DNA of 64,000 nt, taken from the NCBI GenBank assembly GCA_003222085.1, contig QHUK01000010.1, positions 67,688 through 131,687 of the forward strand, read 5' to 3'. Numbering within the stretch: the first letter of the stretch is position 1; the number at the start of each line of letters is the position of its first letter. Under the pieces are notes generated by a model. It saw nothing but the letters and a program-made list of their open reading frames with translations, was not told the DNA's origin and did no database searches. This document shows, one piece after another, positions 58,425 to 64,000 of the stretch. Source of the stretch: Gemmatimonadota bacterium. Lineage in GTDB: Bacteria > Gemmatimonadota > Gemmatimonadetes > Gemmatimonadales > GWC2-71-9. The position numbers and the translations under genes are program-made.

Positions 58425-59586
58425 CGGACGCCCGCGCCGCCGCGTCGGCGACGCCGCCGCGCACCTGTTTCAGGAGCGTGAACGGGCGGCGGGCGCGCGG
58501 CGCGTACGCGCGGTTGGTGAGCAGCACCACGAACAGGTCGCGATCGGGGTCGATCCAAAGCGACGTTCCCGTCCAGCCGGTGTGGCCGTAGCTCCTCGGG
58601 CCGAACAGCGTTCCCGCGCTCGAGACGCTCTCCCCGGTCGGGACCGCCTGCCACCCCAGGGCCCGGGCTTCGGTCCCGGCTGTGAACGTCGTCGCCTTGG
58701 ACGTGAACAGACGCAGCGTCTCCTCACCGAGGAGGCGGGAGCCGTCGCGACTCGTCCCGCCGCGGAGCATGAACTGGGCGAATCGTGCCACGTCCGACGC
58801 CGTGGAGAACAACCCGGCGTTGCCCGACACGCCTCGGAGTTTGAACGCGCTTCCGTCATTCACGGTGCCGGCGACGGGATGCCCGCGCCACAGCCCGGTC
58901 GGTGCGATGCGGGTGCGCAGCCGTGACGGCGGCCGGAACATCGTTTGGTGAAGGCCCAAGGGCACGAACACTTCCCGCGTCGCGAAGGCGTCCAGCGGCT
59001 CGCCCGCCACGCGCCGCACGACTTCGCCGAGCAGGATCGCGTTCAGATCGCTGTAGATGACGCGGGTGCCGGGCGGGACGCGGGGGGTCTCGCGCAGGAC
59101 GCGCGTCATGAGCGCCGCACTGTCGGGAATTGCTTTGAGCTCCGGGTCCGGGATGTCGGCCCGGAGCCCGGACGTGTGCGTGAGGAGCTGGCGCACGGTG
59201 ATCCCCGCGGTCGCCGACCCTTTGAGCTCCGCGATGTACGCCGAGGCAGGTTCATCGAGGCGCACCTGGCCCCGCTCCACGAGCAGCATCAGCGACGTCG
59301 TGGTCGCGATGACTTTGGTAAGCGACGCCAGATCGTAGATCGTGCTGTCGGGATCGACGGCCGGGCTCGACGCCGACCACGTGAGGTGCCCGTAGCCTCG
59401 GGCGAACAAGATCGTGTCGCGCCGCCCGACGACCAGCGCCGCGCCCGGATACGCACCTTGGCGAATGCCGTCCCGAACGAGGGGGTCGAAGCGGGCGGCG
59501 GAAAAGGCGGCAGGCCCGGACGCGCTCGCCGTCTGCGCGACCAGCAGCAACGCTAGCACCACACACCCGGGATCCGGCGACCGCAC
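58414..59586 (-). CDS. secreted beta-lactamase-family serine hydrolase
   Basis: SLTK active-site motif. GTG at 59586 gives the signal peptide MRSPDPGCVVLALLLVAQTASA; GTG at 59562 is an alternative. Confidence 0.8.
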   Translation of the reverse strand: MRSPDPGCVVLALLLVAQTASASGPAAFSAARFDPLVRDGIRQGAYPGAALVVGRRDTILFARGYGHLTWSASSPAVDPDSTIYDLASLTKVIATTTSLMLLVERGQVRLDEPASAYIAELKGSATAGITVRQLLTHTSGLRADIPDPELKAIPDSAALMTRVLRETPRVPPGTRVIYSDLNAILLGEVVRRVAGEPLDAFATREVFVPLGLHQTMFRPPSRLRTRIAPTGLWRGHPVAGTVNDGSAFKLRGVSGNAGLFSTASDVARFAQFMLRGGTSRDGSRLLGEETLRLFTSKATTFTAGTEARALGWQAVPTGESVSSAGTLFGPRSYGHTGWTGTSLWIDPDRDLFVVLLTNRAYAPRARRPFTLLKQVRGGVADAAARASDAR

Positions 59587-60665
59587 TCCGGGCAGGCCCC
59601 CGGGGCGCCGATCCGCTGTTGCTGGATCACATATCCGTAGCGCTCGATCAGCAACTCGCCGCAGTCCGGGCACCACGTATGCTCCCAGCGCCCGACCCGG
59701 CCGGGGAGATTGCCCGCGTAGACGAACTTGAGGCCGGCCGCCGCCCCGATCTCGCACGCCCGCACCAGCGTCTCGGCCGACGTGTTGTCGGGGTCGGTCA
59801 TCCGGTAGTCCTTGTGGAACGCGGTGACGTGCCACGGGATCTCCGGGCTCACCGACGCGATGTAATCGGCGGCGCGGCGCAGCTGGGCGTCGTCATCGTT
59901 GAATCCCGGGACCACGAGGGTCACCAGCTCGAGCCAGAATCCGCGCTCGTACACCATCCGGATCGCATCGAGCACGTGCTGGAGCACGCCGCCCAGCTCC
60001 CGGTAGCGGCGATCCTCCATCGCCTTGAAGTCGATCTTGTAACAGTCGGTCCAGGGGCGGATGAAATCGAGCACCTCGGGCGTCGCATTGCCGTTCGAAA
60101 TAAACGCGGTCTTCAAGCCATGGCCGCGCGCCACCTTGAACACGTCGAGCGCCCACTCGGCGGTGATGAGCGGCTCGTTGTAGGACGACCCGACGAGCTT
60201 CGCTCCCTGTCGCAGCGCGAGCCGAACCAGGTCGTCCGGGGTGACGTCCGTCGGGACTACGCCGGCGGCGTCGTCGCGCAGCGCCTGGCTCGTGAGCCAG
60301 TTCTGGCAATACCCACAGTGGAAATCGCATCCCAGCATACCGAAGGTGAGTGTGTCGGAGCCGGGGAGGGCGTGGAAGAACGGCTTCTTCTCGGTCGGAT
60401 CGCACTGCAGGGCGGCGACGTAGCCGGCGGGGACGTACAGCGTCCCGTCCTTGTTGAAGCGGACCTTGCAGATCCCCCGGCGCCCGGGCTTGACGAGGCA
60501 ACGGTGCCCGCACGCGAAGCAGCGCACCGCGTGGTCGGGAAGCCGCTCGATCAGCTCCCCCTCGCGGACCCGGGCGTCCAGCGCCTGGGCGAGGGTCGCC
60601 GCCCCGCCGTCCCGGGGGAGGGGAGCTTCGTGGGTGAGGAACGAGATGATGCTGCGCTGCGCCAT
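59553..60665 (-). CDS. AmmeMemoRadiSam-system-type radical SAM enzyme
   Basis: N-terminal CFACGHRC, radical SAM CDFHCGYCQNW, and C-terminal CPDCG...CPECG. Confidence 0.75.
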   Translation of the reverse strand: MAQRSIISFLTHEAPLPRDGGAATLAQALDARVREGELIERLPDHAVRCFACGHRCLVKPGRRGICKVRFNKDGTLYVPAGYVAALQCDPTEKKPFFHALPGSDTLTFGMLGCDFHCGYCQNWLTSQALRDDAAGVVPTDVTPDDLVRLALRQGAKLVGSSYNEPLITAEWALDVFKVARGHGLKTAFISNGNATPEVLDFIRPWTDCYKIDFKAMEDRRYRELGGVLQHVLDAIRMVYERGFWLELVTLVVPGFNDDDAQLRRAADYIASVSPEIPWHVTAFHKDYRMTDPDNTSAETLVRACEIGAAAGLKFVYAGNLPGRVGRWEHTWCPDCGELLIERYGYVIQQQRIGAPGACPECGRRIPGVWC

Positions 60666-60715
60666 GGAATCCGCCGACTGCGGCCTTTCCTCAATATAGC
60701 GCGACGCCCCCGGGC

Positions 60716-61558
60716 TCAGCCGCCGACGCGAAGCGGGCCCGGGGCGAGGTCGTAGAGGAGCGCGGCCGTGCGGACGTCGCGGGGCGAGAGCTCACGCACC
60801 TTGGGCTGGGCGTACATGATGTCGCCCGGATCGGGCGAGTGGTCGAGGCCGATCAGGTGCCCGATCTCGTGCAGTGCCAGCACCCGGACGTCGTCGGGTG
60901 CGAACGGTTGCCCCTTGGCATCGAAGGTGGCGAGGGTGACAACGCCGCCGGTCAGGCGTCCATCCTCGTCCCATTGCACATCCGTCTGCCCCGAGCGCTC
61001 TCCTTCGAACTGGATGCGCCACTGCACCCGCACTTCGGCGGAGCTGGAGTCGGCGTCGAGGTTGAACCGTACCGGCACGACCTCCTGCCAGCGCTGGAAG
61101 GCGCTGCGCACGGCGTCGAGGAAGCTGGGCTGGAAGTTGGCGACGGTGGTGGGAGGAAAAAACACGCGCACGGGCGTCGACACGCGGCCGTCCCAGCGGT
61201 GCAGGATCGAATCCGCGTTCTGCGTCAAATTGTCGTTCAGATACGTGCTTCCGGCACTGGCGCGGATCCGGCGGCGGATCTCGGAGCGAGCGAGGAGCAC
61301 GATGTAACTCGGGCCTCCGGCGCCGACCGGGGGCACGACCGTTGGCGGAGGTGTGGGTGCCGCGGCCGCGTGGGCCGTGTCCCGCGCCGAGTCGATCGCC
61401 GAGCCCGCCGTGCGCACCACGGTCTGCACGGGCGCGGTATCGGGGGTCGCGCCGGCCGACGCCCGCGCGGGCGGTCGCACGAAGGCATTCCACAGTGCGG
61501 CCGACGCGAGCAAGACAACCAGCGCGGCGACGAGAATGAACATGCGACGCTCGAACAT
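60716..61558 (-). CDS. membrane-anchored matrixin (M10) family metalloprotease
   Basis: HEIGHLIGLDHS followed by a Met-turn (DIMY). N-terminal TM helix. Confidence 0.8.
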   Translation of the reverse strand: MFERRMFILVAALVVLLASAALWNAFVRPPARASAGATPDTAPVQTVVRTAGSAIDSARDTAHAAAAPTPPPTVVPPVGAGGPSYIVLLARSEIRRRIRASAGSTYLNDNLTQNADSILHRWDGRVSTPVRVFFPPTTVANFQPSFLDAVRSAFQRWQEVVPVRFNLDADSSSAEVRVQWRIQFEGERSGQTDVQWDEDGRLTGGVVTLATFDAKGQPFAPDDVRVLALHEIGHLIGLDHSPDPGDIMYAQPKVRELSPRDVRTAALLYDLAPGPLRVGG

Positions 61559-61648
61559 GCGCGCAATATGCGAACGGACGGCGTCGCGCCGCTAGCTTTG
61601 GCCTGCTGGCGTCTCTATGATTGTGGCCTGCTTATGCTTGGCACGTAA

Positions 61649-63922
61649 GTGTTCGCGTTACCCGCGGCACCCATCATTCGCCGGCGTGGGTGGGCCATCG
61701 TGGCATGGGCGGCCCTCGCGCTGCTGTTCGGGCCGCGGGCCTGCCACGTCCAACAGGTGCTCGCGCTCCGGGGCTCCGGGGCCGAGGCCACGGAATCGAG
61801 CCGCGCGACCGAGCTCCTCAAGCAGGCGTTTCCGACGCCGTTCGCCGACTACGTGGCGATCGTCGTCCATGGCCAGGTCCGCTGGACCAACGCCCGGTTC
61901 GAAGCCGTGCTCGACACGCTCAAAGCCGTGGTCGAACGCCGCCCCTACGTGGAAGAGGTGATCTCGGCCCGCTCGATCGGGGAGTCGAGCTTCGTCAGTC
62001 AAGACCGCCGCACGACGTTCCTCATTGCGGCGCTCACCCGAGAGTCCACCAGCGACTTGAGCGCCAGTTTCGTCCCCGACCTGCGCGCGTCGATCCGGGA
62101 CGCGCTGACACGAGTCCCCGGCTCGGAAGGGTTCGCGGTGATGGTGACCGGATTTCCCGCGCTGGACCACGACGTGCGCACCATCAGCGCGGAGGACACC
62201 GAGCGGGGCGAGCAACGCGCCCTGCCCCTCACGTTGGCGGTGCTGATCGTCGCGTTCGGCGCCCTGGTCGCCGCGTCGCTGCCGGTCCTGGTGGGCGTCC
62301 TCGCGATCACCATCGCGCTCGGCCTGGTCGCCATCGCGGCACGGTATACGCCCATGTCCGTGTTCGTGCTGAACATCACCACCATGGTGGGGCTGGGCGT
62401 GGGCATCGACTACTCGCTGCTCATCGTCACCCGGTTCCGCGAGGAGCTGAACCGCGGTCTCTCGCCGGCGGACGCCGCCATCCGGACGGTCGAGACCGCA
62501 GGGTCGGCGGTCGTCACATCGGGACTGACGGTGGTCGTCGGGTTCGCGGCGCTGGTCACGACACCGCTCTCGGACACGCGCTCCGTGGGCGTGGGGGGGC
62601 TGTTGGTGGTCGGCGTCGCCGTCCTCCTCGCCACCACGTTCCTTCCGGCCGTCCTCGCCATCCTGGGACGCAACATCGACCGCCCCAAGTGGCTCGCCCG
62701 TCCGCTCGCGCGATTTCACGCGCCGACCGGCTGGGAGCGCTGGGCACGGTGGTTGGGCCATCGGCCGTGGCGCGCGGTCGCGGTCGGGGGCGCGGCGATC
62801 GCGCTGCTCACCTTCCCACTCAGCCAGATCCGCCTGGGTCTTCCCGCCACCAATTGGTTTCCGCCGGAGTCCGAGTCGGGCCAGGGTCTCCAGGCGCTGC
62901 GCGAGATGGGCGCCAGCGGCGTGATCCAACCCGTGCGTGTCGTGGTACAGCTTCCGGAAGGAGAATCGGCGCTCTCCGCCCGCCGCCTCCCGGGACTCAA
63001 AGCCCTGACTGACTCGATCCGGCAGGACCCGCGCGTGCGCGAGGTCCGAGGCGTCGCGAGCATCAAATCGAGAATGTCGACGCTGCAGCTCGCCATCTAC
63101 TACAGCGATCCGGCCGCGGTGCGCGCCAAGAATCCGAGGTTCTTCGACGCGTATCTGAGCGCCGACAATCGCGTCACGCTCCTCGACGTGATTCCGGGGG
63201 ACACCGTCTCCCTCACGGGGCTGATGGACGTGGTGCGACGGGTGCGGGCCCTGGTGGCCCGCGACGTCCGGGGCCTCGCCGGGGCGGAGATCCTGATCGC
63301 CGGCTTCGCCGCGTCGAACGTGGATACTCAGCAAGCGCTCATGAAACGCTTTCCGGACACGGTCGCCCTGGTCCTCGGCATCACCGCCATCATGCTGTTC
63401 GCCGCATTCCGCTCGCTGCTCGTTCCGATCAAAGCCGTCCTCCTGAACCTCTTATCGGTGGGCGGGGCATTCGGCCTCACCGTGCTCGTCTTTCAGCACG
63501 GCTATGGCGGTCGCGTGTTCGGGCTCGAGGGGCCGACGCAGGCGATCTGGGCCGTCGTGCCGGTGCTGGTGTTCGCCATCGTGTTCGGCCTGTCCATGGA
63601 TTACGAGGTGTTTCTGTTGACGCGGGTCAAAGAAGTCTTCGACAAGACCGGTCGGAACGACCACGCCACGATGGAGGGTCTGTCGGCCACGGCGTCCACG
63701 ATCACGAGCGCCGCCCTCATCATGATTCTGGTGTTCGGCACGTTCGCGTTTACGCGCGTGCTCGCGGTCCAGCTCATCGGCTTCGGTCTCGCCGCCGCCG
63801 TCCTGCTCGACGCGACCTTGATTCGGATGGTCCTGGTCCCGGCGATCATGCACATTGCGGGAAGGTGGAACTGGTGGCCGGGGGTGAGGGCGCCCAAACT
63901 GGAGAGAGAGAACAGCGACTAG
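61649..63922 (+). CDS. MMPL family (RND superfamily) transporter
   Basis: 757 aa with two 6-TM bundles, each followed by or containing conserved MMPL blocks (GVGIDYSLL, GLSMDYEVFL). Confidence 0.85.
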   Translation: MFALPAAPIIRRRGWAIVAWAALALLFGPRACHVQQVLALRGSGAEATESSRATELLKQAFPTPFADYVAIVVHGQVRWTNARFEAVLDTLKAVVERRPYVEEVISARSIGESSFVSQDRRTTFLIAALTRESTSDLSASFVPDLRASIRDALTRVPGSEGFAVMVTGFPALDHDVRTISAEDTERGEQRALPLTLAVLIVAFGALVAASLPVLVGVLAITIALGLVAIAARYTPMSVFVLNITTMVGLGVGIDYSLLIVTRFREELNRGLSPADAAIRTVETAGSAVVTSGLTVVVGFAALVTTPLSDTRSVGVGGLLVVGVAVLLATTFLPAVLAILGRNIDRPKWLARPLARFHAPTGWERWARWLGHRPWRAVAVGGAAIALLTFPLSQIRLGLPATNWFPPESESGQGLQALREMGASGVIQPVRVVVQLPEGESALSARRLPGLKALTDSIRQDPRVREVRGVASIKSRMSTLQLAIYYSDPAAVRAKNPRFFDAYLSADNRVTLLDVIPGDTVSLTGLMDVVRRVRALVARDVRGLAGAEILIAGFAASNVDTQQALMKRFPDTVALVLGITAIMLFAAFRSLLVPIKAVLLNLLSVGGAFGLTVLVFQHGYGGRVFGLEGPTQAIWAVVPVLVFAIVFGLSMDYEVFLLTRVKEVFDKTGRNDHATMEGLSATASTITSAALIMILVFGTFAFTRVLAVQLIGFGLAAAVLLDATLIRMVLVPAIMHIAGRWNWWPGVRAPKLERENSD

Positions 63923-63940
63923 GATGCAGGAAGGCAACAC

Positions 63941-63970
63941 CTAGACGCACAGACGCACAGGGGTGAACAG
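63941..63970. repeat. additional copy of the cassette repeat
   Basis: CTAGACGCACAGACGCACAGGGGTGAACAG differs from 30231-30261 by one indel and one mismatch. Confidence 0.8.
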
Positions 63971-64000
63971 TGAGAGTGAACAGGTAGTCCCATTCACTGC

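Noticed and set aside
59553-61558. A RiPP-style precursor peptide next to the radical SAM enzyme and matrixin protease.
   Set aside because: The only spacer (60666-60715) is 50 nt with no start/stop-bounded small ORF. No Cys-, Ser- or Thr-rich small frame was seen nearby.

Overview
High-GC (about 70% by eye) bacterial chromosomal window, very densely coded, with about 62 supported CDS. I saw no rRNA, tRNA, CRISPR array, transposase or integrase in any frame. Many neighbouring genes overlap by 1 or 4 nt at stop/start (ATGA, GTGA, TGATG), which defines operons. Recognisable content: rsgA, proline dehydrogenase, a fatty-acid beta-oxidation pair, a glpD-like gene, queG, mnmG-parA-parB with two parS sites, sufBCDSU, def, thiC, ggt, a SusC/SusD-like pair, rnd and an MMPL transporter. 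SusC/SusD with very high GC suggests a Gemmatimonadota-like organism (low-confidence inference). Observations worth a second look: (1) a low-GC four-helix-bundle (23S rRNA IVS-protein family) gene bracketed by long inverted repeats, with a further repeat copy at the window edge; (2) two ORF-less giant hairpins whose arms are tandem heptamers, plus heptamer/hexamer tandem repeats at several other loci; (3) a seven-gene co-directional cluster (class V PLP enzyme, LOG, deoxyhypusine-synthase-like, MFS, ATP-grasp, four-zinc-ribbon HExxH peptidase, Nudix); (4) parA-parB translationally coupled to an M23 peptidase and a bactofilin; (5) an AmmeMemoRadiSam-type radical SAM gene with no AMMECR1 or Memo partner in the window, in an operon with a matrixin, a serine hydrolase, a DCC protein and DUF59; (6) a zinc-ribbon membrane protein paired with a zinc-ribbon M50 protease next to a TetR gene; (7) two genes whose conserved N-termini lie upstream of any ATG/GTG/TTG. 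All family assignments come from motif recognition by eye; no database search was run.
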